Of a stretch of DNA of 64,000 bases, positions 51,253 to 61,194 are shown piece after piece. Numbering within the stretch: position 1 is the stretch's first letter; each line of letters opens with the position of its first letter. The notes below the pieces were generated by a model. The model was given only the letters and a program-made list of their open reading frames with translations. It did no database searches and was not told the DNA's origin. This DNA is from Bacteroidota bacterium (GTDB lineage Bacteria > Bacteroidota > Ignavibacteria > UBA10030 > UBA8401), in assembly GCA_021796275.1 (NCBI GenBank), contig JAJYOI010000003.1, positions 1,532 to 65,531 on the forward strand, written 5' to 3'. The position numbers and the translations under genes were made by a program.

Positions 51253-52008
51253 AATAGAACCTCATGAGTAATGGTAAGATGTAAGCCCCTCACAGCAGTG
51301 CGCTGTGCCGGTGGCTTGTGAGTTAAGTATGACCCGCAAAATTTCTCTGTGTCGTTCATCGCGTCTTCGCGGTAAAATTCTTTTTTGTCATTCTGAGGTT
51401 TCATCTTAGCTTTGTCAAGAATCTTCGTGAAATGTGACATCAATGATCATGCTGAGCGTCAGCGAAGTGGCGCTTTACGCCATGACGCCAAATCGTAGAT
51501 GGCACAGAAGGCGACAGGCGCTCACATCCAGTTCTGGATTTGCCGCTGTACGGCATCCTGTACAGCGGGACTTCGTCCGCCGTGGCGGACCCAGAATGAC
51601 TGCGCTCAGCATCACCGGTATCGAATTCAAAAAAAAATCCGGAGCGGACAGAAAAAAATATCCGTTCATCGCCGAAGCGAAATCGCTCACAGAAAAAATT
51701 ACGTCAAGAAACTATTGGGAATAACATTACCTCTGTGCCGCCCCAACCCCATTCATAGGATTGGTGTCCGTTCTCTATCCCGTACTACAACCTCTTCCTC
51801 TCTGCACGGACTATGAAACAAATAAAAAGATTTTCCCGAAAAAGCAAGACTCGCAATAAAAAAGATGTCCAGATGTAGGACACCTCAAAGGTGTCCTACA
51901 TCTGGACCTAAAAATCAGACGCGTCGTACCATTGCTGTCCGACAGTTGAGCTGTCGCACTGAGCGAAGACGAAGTGCGACAAACGACAGTTAAATCCTTC
52001 AAGAATAA

Positions 52009-52632
52009 TTACTTCACTTTCAAATGGTACATCTCTTCCAGCATCTTAACGTATTCCGCCATTGGCGGCAGCCCAAGCTCTGCGCGGCGTTTGTCAACAT
52101 TCGCTTCATCTTCAATCGGGTTAACGACAAGTTTGCCGTCCGCAATTCTTGCCTGACTTCCGTATAATTGTTTCTTCCCTTCCCGCACAAAAACCCGGTC
52201 GGTCAGCAATGCAACATCATTGCCCGAAACTTCTCCGCCTTTGAATGCCTCTTGCACCAACGGAAGGCAGCTTTTTTGAAACACCGTATCGGGCGAATGT
52301 TGCACGATAAGAAACGCCGCCTCCGCGCCGTCTTTTCCAACAAGGTGTATGCCGGGCCACCCGTGTTCTTTTATTATTTCCTTAATGTGCTTCGTATCAG
52401 CCCGGTCAATTGAATCCATCCTCATTACAATCGTCGAGTCCATTGCATGCGATGACATTGCATTGATCCAATCCGTACGGATCTTCTGGTCAATCACTTC
52501 CATCGCAAGAAGCTCCTGCCGAAGCGACGGATTGCCAACCGTGGTGTGCGATGTGTCGGTGTGCTGTTGGCAGAATCCGTTTGTGCAAACCGCCGCCACC
52601 AAAAGCAGCACGAACAAATTAAAACGTTTCAT
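52009..52632 (-). CDS. DUF6624 domain secreted protein
   Basis: DQ..R, GWPG..VG..GA.AAFLIVQH, A.LTDR...Q.YGSQ and VD.RRA..GL motifs. Confidence 0.85.
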   Translation of the reverse strand: MKRFNLFVLLLVAAVCTNGFCQQHTDTSHTTVGNPSLRQELLAMEVIDQKIRTDWINAMSSHAMDSTIVMRMDSIDRADTKHIKEIIKEHGWPGIHLVGKDGAEAAFLIVQHSPDTVFQKSCLPLVQEAFKGGEVSGNDVALLTDRVFVREGKKQLYGSQARIADGKLVVNPIEDEANVDKRRAELGLPPMAEYVKMLEEMYHLKVK

Positions 52633-52670
52633 GTTTCCCTTCTTTTTACTCAGTAAAGGTTAGCCAGCAG

Positions 52671-53090
52671 CTAGTAATTCATTCTTGTGTACACAGATGT
52701 GAAGCCATCCGTAATCATATCGCTAAGAATTAGTGAATCGGTTGTCACTTTTATAACAAGCAAACTAAATCTTCTTGAATTGATGAAATCAATTACTAAA
52801 TGAGATTGTGATGAGTCAGAAATATTGAACTGATACGTCGTAAATTTATCTGTAAATGTTGTTGTATCATTTCTCAATTCAATGTAGTTGCTATCGCTGG
52901 TAATCCTAAGTACATAGACATTGTCGCCCGTTGGAGTTGTTGTTGTTCCGCCAATGCCGCCTGTCGTGCTCTTCCACTGCCAATTACCTATGATATCAGA
53001 ACTAATGTTGCCCTCATTTGTTGGATTTGAGTTACATCCAATTAATAATGCACCAAAAAGGACAACCAAAATACCATTTAATTGCTTCAT
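52671..53090 (-). CDS. Cassette-borne lipocalin-like lipoprotein
   Basis: Lipobox LIGC; IIGNWQW..TTGGIGG; DGF.S.Y.R; flanked by GTTAGGC (5') and GGCTAAC (3'). Confidence 0.75.
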   Translation of the reverse strand: MKQLNGILVVLFGALLIGCNSNPTNEGNISSDIIGNWQWKSTTGGIGGTTTTPTGDNVYVLRITSDSNYIELRNDTTTFTDKFTTYQFNISDSSQSHLVIDFINSRRFSLLVIKVTTDSLILSDMITDGFTSVYTRMNY

Positions 53091-53113
53091 ATGATGATCC
53101 TCCTTTGCTGTTG

Positions 53114-53301
53114 CCTAACGGCATTGGATTTCAGCGGCGTAAACCGTTTGGCGGGTTCGTTGACTGTTTATAGATTTGTAACTCTAAAACACCTGACTGT
53201 TTCTTGACTCGTTTACTCTGTTTGCGTCTCGCCGGTGTACTTTATTCTCTTGCCTGCCCCGATTTTGTCGGGGACTTTTTACTTACTAAAAAGGTTTGCC
53301 A
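53114..53301 (-). mobile_element. Degenerate long attC site interrupted by a REP palindrome
   Basis: R' GTTAGGC before the SD of the next gene; R''-like GGCAAAC after the upstream stop; ccccga-tttt-gtcgggg insert. Confidence 0.5.
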
Positions 53302-53313
53302 GCGGTAATAATT

Positions 53314-53910
53314 TTAAAAAAAGGTTTCAGGCATCCATTCGTTTCCTTCTGGATCAGCAATCCAATAATCGGGAACATTATACTGCTTTTTGAAGGATGG
53401 AAAAGTTTGCCAAAACTGTTCATCAATCCAAATACCCATTTTTTTATGTAAGTCGTCTGCTGCATTGACAGTTGGCTGATCTAACTCGAATTTTGACAAA
53501 GTTGGAGACCATTGACAATGACAAATAGCATTTCGAAAATCTTTGAACGGAATTTTAACAGGAAAATCCGAGAACTCTTTTGGAATTGAATCGAAAATAG
53601 ATTCAATATTAACTTTTTCAGACTTTGGTGTATCAAACGGATCTAATCCATTTGTCAAACCTTCTTGAATACTTCTTAAGAAGGAGAGCCATAAACATAA
53701 CTTCATATAACCTTGTCCCGCTGCAAGACTCCAACACTTTGGCGCAACAATTTCATTTCCTGCGCGGTCAAGTTGATTGTAAAACCAATTAGCCCACTTC
53801 CACTTTCGTCTTAATTCCCAAAGGACCCAAAACTTTCTCCAAACCAGCAAATCGTCTTTGTGGTCACCCCAAGAATCTAAATAAGAAGGTATTTTATTGT
53901 TTGAATTCAA
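53314..53910 (-). CDS. AT-rich cassette-like hypothetical protein
   Basis: Open frame with an RNAICH (HEPN-like R-x4-H) motif; start uncertain. Confidence 0.6.
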   Translation of the reverse strand: MNSNNKIPSYLDSWGDHKDDLLVWRKFWVLWELRRKWKWANWFYNQLDRAGNEIVAPKCWSLAAGQGYMKLCLWLSFLRSIQEGLTNGLDPFDTPKSEKVNIESIFDSIPKEFSDFPVKIPFKDFRNAICHCQWSPTLSKFELDQPTVNAADDLHKKMGIWIDEQFWQTFPSFKKQYNVPDYWIADPEGNEWMPETFF

Positions 53911-54519
53911 TTAGTATTTATAAATCAGTTTACGAAATTATGCTGATCACCGCCACCTAATTATTAATTATACTGCACGTTATTCGTGCGTAAAGTACAT
54001 AGACATGCAGGATCGTGCATATTTATCATCCATCGTCTATATCAGCCTAACGGACTTCATATTTCTTTTCGACGCTCTTGCACAAAACAACACCTCTCCT
54101 GTGTCTCAGGCTTTTTCACCGAGAAATCTTTACTTCATTTCATTTGGAAAATCTTCTCTTTCACAGCTATCACCCAAAAGAGATAAGGCTTGTGCGCTAC
54201 AAATGGAATCGTTTGCGGGTTGAAAATGACGCCATAGGCGTTATTGAAAATCCCTTAGGGATTCTGCTCTCGCCCCGCGCAACATAATTTCCCGTTTCCC
54301 TTAGTCAAAATCAAGTCCCCGGCAGAGAAAGCAGTGACTCATTTTGAACTCTTCTAAGATGTTTTATTTGATTCCCGACAGAAGCATTCGGGAATGACGA
54401 ACTTCCATTTACGTCATGCCCGCAGATTTTTGGCGGGCATCCAAAATGAGTCACTGCCGCAGAGAAAGTTACAGTCAATTCTCTTCGTGCGGACCCCGCC
54501 AGCGTTCTTTTCCGCCTAA

Positions 54520-54791
54520 GGCGGGCATGTTTCCGCAGTGTTTTGGGAAGTGCAACTCGGTTCCGGACAGTCGCAAATGAAATATGCGAAAGCGCAGATT
54601 GAATCCGGAAGTGCCCGGATTCAATCCGCGCATGTACACTTCGTTTCCGGACATCCCCCGATGCGGGTGCGGGTGCCCAAAGAAAAAGCGGGCATGTACA
54701 GATTCGACCGTTACATGTACACTTTTCACCGGGACATGTAACGGCGGCAGTTGTACATGTGCAAACGAAGGCGAAACATGCCCATTTTCTA
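54520..54791. repeat. Degenerate array with 21-nt periodicity (about 13 units)
   Basis: CAT(GT) at 54526, 54631, 54652, 54693, 54714, 54735, 54756 and 54777; TCCGSR at 54562, 54604, 54625 and 54646. Confidence 0.7.
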
Positions 54792-54842
54792 TGTATAAGC
54801 GCCAAAATTGCGCGTGTAGTTGGGTTTTCACCAAAAATGTGG

Positions 54843-54972
54843 TAGTGTTACCGTTTGATGTTCCCTAACCCCAAAAACCAGTCACCGCCTTGGGCGGAAT
54901 AGTCCGGCTCTCCCGTTTAGGCAATGTCTGAGCGGGATCGCTCCATAACCTTGCTTTCAAAATGTAACACTA
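54843..54972. mobile_element. MITE-like element with TAGTG...CACTA ends; a second, more degenerate copy follows at about 54976-55123
   Basis: 16-bp inverted repeats tagtgttaccgtttga / tcaaaatgtaacacta (2 mismatches). Confidence 0.55.
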
Positions 54973-55232
54973 CGGTAGTGCCTCAGTTTGAAATTTTCCC
55001 GGTGGGACAGACATTTGAGCGCCGTTGGCGCCATGGCGCTTTGCGCCACCTGTCTGTCGAAAATAGGTCAGACAAGAATGTCTGACCTACCTAAAAAATG
55101 AAATTGAAACACCGCCAACACTACCCTCTGCTTGACTTTCCCGTCTCTCCTTCTCACATTATCTCTCGCCGGCTTCAAAGTGATTTCAGTGCTTGCACAA
55201 CACGATATTTCTCACCCTAAAAGGTCTGCATT

Positions 55233-57383
55233 ATGAAAACATCTTCTTCGAACGGCGGCGCGGCAAACAGCAAGGCACATGGGATAGTGAAAGTTGCATT
55301 AAGCGGCAGCGCCGGCGGAATTTTGATGAGACGGCTTCTTCCTGCCGCCATTGTTATTCCCCCCGCCCTCGGCTGGCTCTGCGCTCTTGGAGAATATAAA
55401 GGATTGTTCGGGCTTGAATTCGAAACGGGGCTGTTTGCATTTTCAAATGTCGTTATCTTCTCACTTCTCATCTGGCGCAGTGCAATCGCCGTCAATCAGC
55501 AGGAAGAAAAACGGGAGACGGCGGAACATTCATTGCAAAAAACAGAAGAAGGCTTCCGCCTCATATTTATGAACAACCCGCTTCCGATGTGGTTCTTTGA
55601 CGCCGAGACGCTTGCGTTTCTTGAAGTGAACAACGCCGCCGCAGTTCATTACGGGTACAGCCGCGAAGAATTCCTGACGATGACGCTTGAAGATATTCGT
55701 CCGGCAGAAGAGATCCCAAAACTCCGCGCCGATATTGAACAGCACCACACCGGACTTGACAAGTCGGGCATGTGGAAGCACAAGAAGAAAGACGGAACAA
55801 TCATTGACGTGGACATTACCTCGCAGGAAATTATATTCGCCGGTAGAAAAGCGAAATTTGTCCTTGCGCGCGACGTCACCGACATTGCCAAAGCCGAAGA
55901 ATCTCTCGTACGGTTAGCCGCAATTATCGAATTCTCCGATGATGCCATTATCAGCAAAACCCTGAACGGTATCATCACAAGCTGGAACAAAGGCGCGGAA
56001 AGAATATTTCTTTATACAGCGGACGAAATGATCGGGAAATCCATGCGCGTGCTGAACCCGCCGGAGCGCATCAATGAAGAAGACGAAATTATTCGGAAGA
56101 TCGCCCGCGGAGAAAATGTTGAGCACCTTGAAACGGTGCGCGTACGGAAAGACGGAACGCAGATCATTGTTGCGGCAACAATCTCGCCGATCAAAGACAG
56201 CAAAGGCGCAATCATCGGCGCGTCGAACATTACGCGGGATATCACCGCGAGCAGAAAGGCAGAAGAAGGCCTTCGCAGCGCGGAGTCGCGCTACAAGAGT
56301 ACGCTCGATTCGATGATGGAAGGATGCCAGATCATCGGCTTCGACTTTCAGTACCTGTACGTGAATGACGTCGTGGCAGGTCAGGGAAAAATGGGAAGAG
56401 AGAATTTGCTCGGTCACAGAATGATGGAAGTATATCCCGGCATTGAGAACTCGGAAATGTTTGCTCACCTCACGACGTGCATGAAAGACCGGGCGCCGTA
56501 TCACATGGAAAATGAATTCCCATTCCCTGATGGCACAAGCGGCTGGTTCAAGCTGAGCATGGAACCTGTGCCCGAAGGGGTCTTCATCCTTTCGGCAGAC
56601 ATCACAAAAGAGAAACAGCTTGCGGAAGAGATCAGAAAGCACCGTGAACATCTTGAAGAGCTGGTGCGCGAACGTACCGCACAATTGGAAGCGGCGAACA
56701 GGGAACTTGAAGCATTCTCGTATTCCGTCTCTCACGATCTGCGCGCACCGCTTCGCCACATAGACGGGTTTGCCGATCTCCTGGTCAAACATGCGTCCGC
56801 GAACGGCGGGCTCGACGAGAAAAGCCGGCGCTACCTTTCAATCATCTCTGAATCTGCCAAGCAAATGGGCGTTCTTATTGACGAGCTTCTGGTCTTTTCA
56901 CGAATGGGGCGCGTTGAGATATGCACAACGGAAGTTGCTTTACAGCCGCTGGTGAAAAAAATAATTGCCGACATGAGCAATGATATTCAGGGAAGAACAG
57001 TGGAATGGAAGATTGAGGCGCTGCCGGTGGTTCATGGCGATCCTTCAATGCTTCGGCTTGCATTGGAAAACCTGATCGGCAACGCGGTAAAGTATACCCG
57101 CCCGCGTGAAAAAGCAATCATTCAAATCGGACATACGGAAACCGCGGCGCTCGGCAGCGAAGTAGTGGTGTATATTCGCGACAACGGTGTCGGCTTTGAT
57201 ATGCGGTACACCGATAAATTGTTCGGAGTCTTTCAACGCCTTCATCGTTCGGAAGATTTTGAGGGAACAGGTGTCGGTTTGGCAAACGTTCGTCGTATTA
57301 TTGAGCGGCACGGCGGCAGAACGTGGGCTGAAGGAGAAGTTGACAAAGGAGCGACATTTTATTTTTCACTGCCTGCACCTTAG
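55233..57383 (+). CDS. PAS-domain sensor histidine kinase (3 PAS, HisKA, HATPase)
   Basis: H-box FSYSVSHDLRAPLR; NLIGNAVKY, DNGVGFD and GTGVGLA motifs. Confidence 0.93.
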   Translation: MKTSSSNGGAANSKAHGIVKVALSGSAGGILMRRLLPAAIVIPPALGWLCALGEYKGLFGLEFETGLFAFSNVVIFSLLIWRSAIAVNQQEEKRETAEHSLQKTEEGFRLIFMNNPLPMWFFDAETLAFLEVNNAAAVHYGYSREEFLTMTLEDIRPAEEIPKLRADIEQHHTGLDKSGMWKHKKKDGTIIDVDITSQEIIFAGRKAKFVLARDVTDIAKAEESLVRLAAIIEFSDDAIISKTLNGIITSWNKGAERIFLYTADEMIGKSMRVLNPPERINEEDEIIRKIARGENVEHLETVRVRKDGTQIIVAATISPIKDSKGAIIGASNITRDITASRKAEEGLRSAESRYKSTLDSMMEGCQIIGFDFQYLYVNDVVAGQGKMGRENLLGHRMMEVYPGIENSEMFAHLTTCMKDRAPYHMENEFPFPDGTSGWFKLSMEPVPEGVFILSADITKEKQLAEEIRKHREHLEELVRERTAQLEAANRELEAFSYSVSHDLRAPLRHIDGFADLLVKHASANGGLDEKSRRYLSIISESAKQMGVLIDELLVFSRMGRVEICTTEVALQPLVKKIIADMSNDIQGRTVEWKIEALPVVHGDPSMLRLALENLIGNAVKYTRPREKAIIQIGHTETAALGSEVVVYIRDNGVGFDMRYTDKLFGVFQRLHRSEDFEGTGVGLANVRRIIERHGGRTWAEGEVDKGATFYFSLPAP

Positions 57384-57465
57384 TATGACCACGCGGTGTT
57401 TCACCCCACCTCCCGCAACATTCCTGTTTATCTGCCGTAATTGTATGAAAATAAGGAGACGCGGC

Positions 57466-59712
57466 GTGAAGTTGTTGAATACATTTTTGTTGATAACGGG
57501 AATATTTCTTTTCATCGGTATTGAAATTGCACGCGGACAAACTTCAGAAAATCCAAAGAAATATGTTGTTGAAGCAGTCAAAATCAACCGCGACGTCAAG
57601 CTTACCGGAACACTTTCCGATCCATTGTGGAAAACCGCATCATCCGCAAAATTGAATTTTGAAATTCAGCCCGGCGAGAATACGCCAGCGCCGCAGAAGA
57701 CTTTTTTCTACGTGCTCTACAATTCCGATTATGTATATTTTGGATTCAACTGCCTCGATTCGTCTGCCAATTTGATCAGAGCCCACATCACCGACCGTGA
57801 TAACGCATTTGACGACGATTTTGTCGGAGTATTGTTAGATACCTATGGCAACATGCAAGATGGGTACGAATTCTTCGTGAACCCGTATGCTGTTCAAGGC
57901 GACGCGATGCGAACTGGAAACAATGAAGATCCAAGCTTCGATTGCGTGTGGTATTCTGCTGCACACATCAGCGACTCGGGCTGGACGGCTGAGATGGCAA
58001 TTCCTTTTAAGAGTCTGCGTTTTCCATCTTCAGACAAGCAGCATTGGATTCTTCTGTCGCTTCGCAACATGCCGCGCGACAGCCGCTACCAAATAATGTG
58101 GACGCCGATAGCCCGCAATAACCCTTGCGTGCTTTGTCAAGGCGGCACAATAGAAGGCATTTCCGGAATAACAACTTCAAATAATATGGAAGTCCTGCCG
58201 TATGCGATGGGACTTCAATCGAGCATGTTGAATAATGCAGACGATCCGGCTTCCAAATTTGAAAACGAACCAATCATGGGAAGAATCGGCGCAGGAATCA
58301 AATATGCGCCATTACCTTCATTTGTGCTTAGCGGAGTTGTGAATCCTGATTTCAGCCAGATAGAATCAGACGCGACACAAATCAGCATCAATAATACATT
58401 TGCAATTTTTTATCCGGAGAAACGGCCATTCTTTTTAGAAGGCGCAGACCTTTACAGCACTACGGCGTCAATATTTTATTCCCGCATGATCAACGATCCT
58501 CTCGCGTCGGTGAAGCTCTCAGACAAAACCGGATCGTTCTCGCTGGCGTATCTCGGCGCCGAAGACAGAGAATCGCCATTCATCATCCCCGGCGAGGAGG
58601 GAAGCGATTTTGTCTCTTCAAATCTGAAATCATGGAGCAATGTTGTACGAGGAAAATATAATTTGGGAAATGAATCGTTCATCGGCGGGTTGGTCACGAC
58701 AAGAAATTTTTCCGATGCCCATAATTATGTCGGCACCGTTGATTGGAACATTCTCTTTGCTGAAAATTTCTATTTCACGGGACAAGCCGGCGCTTCTAAT
58801 ACGAGAGAGATCAATGATGTTTCTCTTTTTTCCAGCGACAGATATCTCGGCTCGACATCGCACACAGCAACGTTCGACGGCGAGAGCTACACCGGCTACG
58901 GTTTTCAGACAGATATTATGAGAAACGCGCGCGACTATAGTTTCGATCTCAATCTTGTCAGTGTGACGCCAACGTTCCAGGCACAGGATGGATTCATCAC
59001 GCAAAATGATTTTCGGCAAATCAACTTGTGGCAGGGCTACACAGTTTATTTTGATAATTCATTCATCGAAAAATTCCAGCCGCAAATAATTTCCAGCGCC
59101 ATATTCAACTATGATGGCACGCGCAAAAGCGAATCGGGTGCAATTGATTTATGGGCTCAATTTAAAGCGCAAACTCAAGTCTGGGTGAAGTATTATCCGG
59201 TTCAGGAAGAACTTTTTCACGGCGTTCAGTTCGGCAAACTTTACCGCACTGAAATGAGTTTATATTCTGCTCCGAGCAAGGAGTTTCAAATAAGTTTGTG
59301 GGCGCAAATCGGAAGGCTTGTTTATCATGAGGACACGCCGCAGCTTGGCAGAGGATACAACGCAACAAGTGAGATCACAGTGAAGCCGACCGATAGATTC
59401 TCTTTCGACTTTAGCTATGCTCATTCGCGATTGTGGTCGTTTTATACGAACCAACTTTTCTTTGACGGATACATTGCGCGCAATGTGATGGTGTACCAAT
59501 TCACGCCGGAAATTTTTGTACGATTGATAAGTCAGTATGACGGGTTTGCAAAACAGCTTCAGGTTGATCCGCTCTTCAGTTACAAGTTGAATCCGTTCAC
59601 AATTTTTTATGCCGGTTCCGCACACAATCTCACCAATTTCGGCGACCACGTCGGCATCAGGCAAACGGCGCGGCAATTCTTCATTAAGCTTCAATATCTT
59701 TGGAGAGAATAA
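57466..59712 (+). CDS. CBM9-like domain plus DUF5916 outer-membrane protein
   Basis: YEFFVNP, WTAEMAIPFKSLRF, NPDFSQIESD, EKRPFFLEG and FYSR motifs; GTG start after AAGGAG. Confidence 0.85.
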   Translation: MKLLNTFLLITGIFLFIGIEIARGQTSENPKKYVVEAVKINRDVKLTGTLSDPLWKTASSAKLNFEIQPGENTPAPQKTFFYVLYNSDYVYFGFNCLDSSANLIRAHITDRDNAFDDDFVGVLLDTYGNMQDGYEFFVNPYAVQGDAMRTGNNEDPSFDCVWYSAAHISDSGWTAEMAIPFKSLRFPSSDKQHWILLSLRNMPRDSRYQIMWTPIARNNPCVLCQGGTIEGISGITTSNNMEVLPYAMGLQSSMLNNADDPASKFENEPIMGRIGAGIKYAPLPSFVLSGVVNPDFSQIESDATQISINNTFAIFYPEKRPFFLEGADLYSTTASIFYSRMINDPLASVKLSDKTGSFSLAYLGAEDRESPFIIPGEEGSDFVSSNLKSWSNVVRGKYNLGNESFIGGLVTTRNFSDAHNYVGTVDWNILFAENFYFTGQAGASNTREINDVSLFSSDRYLGSTSHTATFDGESYTGYGFQTDIMRNARDYSFDLNLVSVTPTFQAQDGFITQNDFRQINLWQGYTVYFDNSFIEKFQPQIISSAIFNYDGTRKSESGAIDLWAQFKAQTQVWVKYYPVQEELFHGVQFGKLYRTEMSLYSAPSKEFQISLWAQIGRLVYHEDTPQLGRGYNATSEITVKPTDRFSFDFSYAHSRLWSFYTNQLFFDGYIARNVMVYQFTPEIFVRLISQYDGFAKQLQVDPLFSYKLNPFTIFYAGSAHNLTNFGDHVGIRQTARQFFIKLQYLWRE

Positions 59713-59864
59713 TCGTGATGGGGCAAGGCATCAAACTGAGACACCACTTGACAGAACCCTTCGCTTGACTTTCCTGCGTATCGTTCTCACATTGTTTCAG
59801 TTGTCATCGAACGAGATTGTTGATGGCAACACCGACAGGGAATTATTGCCGGTTGAGGACCACT

Positions 59865-60608
59865 ATGAATGCCATTCAGGACAAAAAAATAATTTTGCTT
59901 TTCATGTGCGGTTTCTTATTTGCTTTGTCTGCTTTCACCGGGTGCGCGGAACAATCGGTCACGTACGCCGAGCCACTGCACTGTCCCGACTTTCCTGTTA
60001 TTCACAGCGGCGAAGCAACATTCTATTTTCCCAGAACTGGTCCTGACAGTACCGGAAGCTGCGGTTTTGTTTTGTCGCCTGCCGATACGCTTGTCGGTGC
60101 GATGAATCTTGTTGATTATGAAAATTCGAAAATGTGCGGCTCATGTGTTGGTGTAACCGGTCCGAAAGGCACTGTCGTTGTGAAAATTGTTGACCTCTGT
60201 CCCGAATGCCCGAAAGGAAATATTGATTTGAGTCCGCAGGCGTTTGCACAAATTGCCGACACCATTCTCGGCAGAGTTCCGATTCAATGGCAGTTGCTTG
60301 CGTGCGACGTGAACGGACCGATTGTTTACCACTTTAAAAGCGGAAGCAGTCAATGGTGGACAGCCGTGCAGATTCGCAACCATCGTTACCCGATCTTCAG
60401 CCTTGAATATTTATCGCCTCAGCATAGCTATCAGGATATGAGCCGCACAAATTATAATTACTTTGTTGTAAACGGCGGCATTGGGCCGGGACCGTACACG
60501 TTTCGCGTAACGGATATTTACGGTCACGAACTTGTTGACAGCGCCATTGTGTTTGACACGACGAATGATATCCCCGGACATGGACAATTTCCATTATGCG
60601 GCTATTAA
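59865..60608 (+). CDS. Expansin (EXLX1/YoaJ-like) lipoprotein
   Basis: GEATFY, GSCG, CGSC, VDLCPEC...IDLS..AF (DPBB domain) followed by WW.AVQIRNHRYPI...R..YNYF (CBM63). Confidence 0.88.
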   Translation: MNAIQDKKIILLFMCGFLFALSAFTGCAEQSVTYAEPLHCPDFPVIHSGEATFYFPRTGPDSTGSCGFVLSPADTLVGAMNLVDYENSKMCGSCVGVTGPKGTVVVKIVDLCPECPKGNIDLSPQAFAQIADTILGRVPIQWQLLACDVNGPIVYHFKSGSSQWWTAVQIRNHRYPIFSLEYLSPQHSYQDMSRTNYNYFVVNGGIGPGPYTFRVTDIYGHELVDSAIVFDTTNDIPGHGQFPLCGY

Positions 60609-60688
60609 GCAAATTTTCTTGACTTTGCCATCCTCGCTTCACAAATTAATTTCAATAATATCATCCTTTGAACGATTGAGGAAAAAGA

Positions 60689-61180
60689 ATGAACAAAGAA
60701 ACCGCCCCGCTTTCAGAAGACATCACCATTCGCACCGCAACACCCGCCGACATAAAAATACTCATGCATCATCGGCGAAGAATGTTTTTTGAAATGGGAT
60801 ACACCGATGAAGCGGTACTTTCGGCAATGGCGGCTGCATCTGAACCGTTCTTTCTGAATGGACTTGCCAACGGATCCTTTCATGCATGGCTGGCGGAAAA
60901 TGCATCACATCAGGCCATCGCGGGCGGTGGCGTGATCGTTTTTGACTACCCGCCGAGTGCGAGAGATTCGTCTCTACAACGTCCGATCATTGTCAACGTG
61001 TACACTGAACCGGGGTATCGGCGGAGAGGCATTGCTCGAAAGCTGATGGAGCTGATGATCAAATGGTGCCGCACACAAAATTTCGGCTCGATCATGCTTC
61101 ATGCAAGCGATGAAGGAAGACTCTTGTACGAATCGCTGGGATTTCAGCAAACGAACGAAATGCGGTTGATGCTGCAATAA
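60689..61180 (+). CDS. GNAT family N-acetyltransferase
   Basis: NVYTEPGYRRRGIA and LHAS..G..LYESLGF motifs. Confidence 0.9.
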   Translation: MNKETAPLSEDITIRTATPADIKILMHHRRRMFFEMGYTDEAVLSAMAAASEPFFLNGLANGSFHAWLAENASHQAIAGGGVIVFDYPPSARDSSLQRPIIVNVYTEPGYRRRGIARKLMELMIKWCRTQNFGSIMLHASDEGRLLYESLGFQQTNEMRLMLQ

Positions 61181-61194
61181 AGAAAAAGGCCGTC

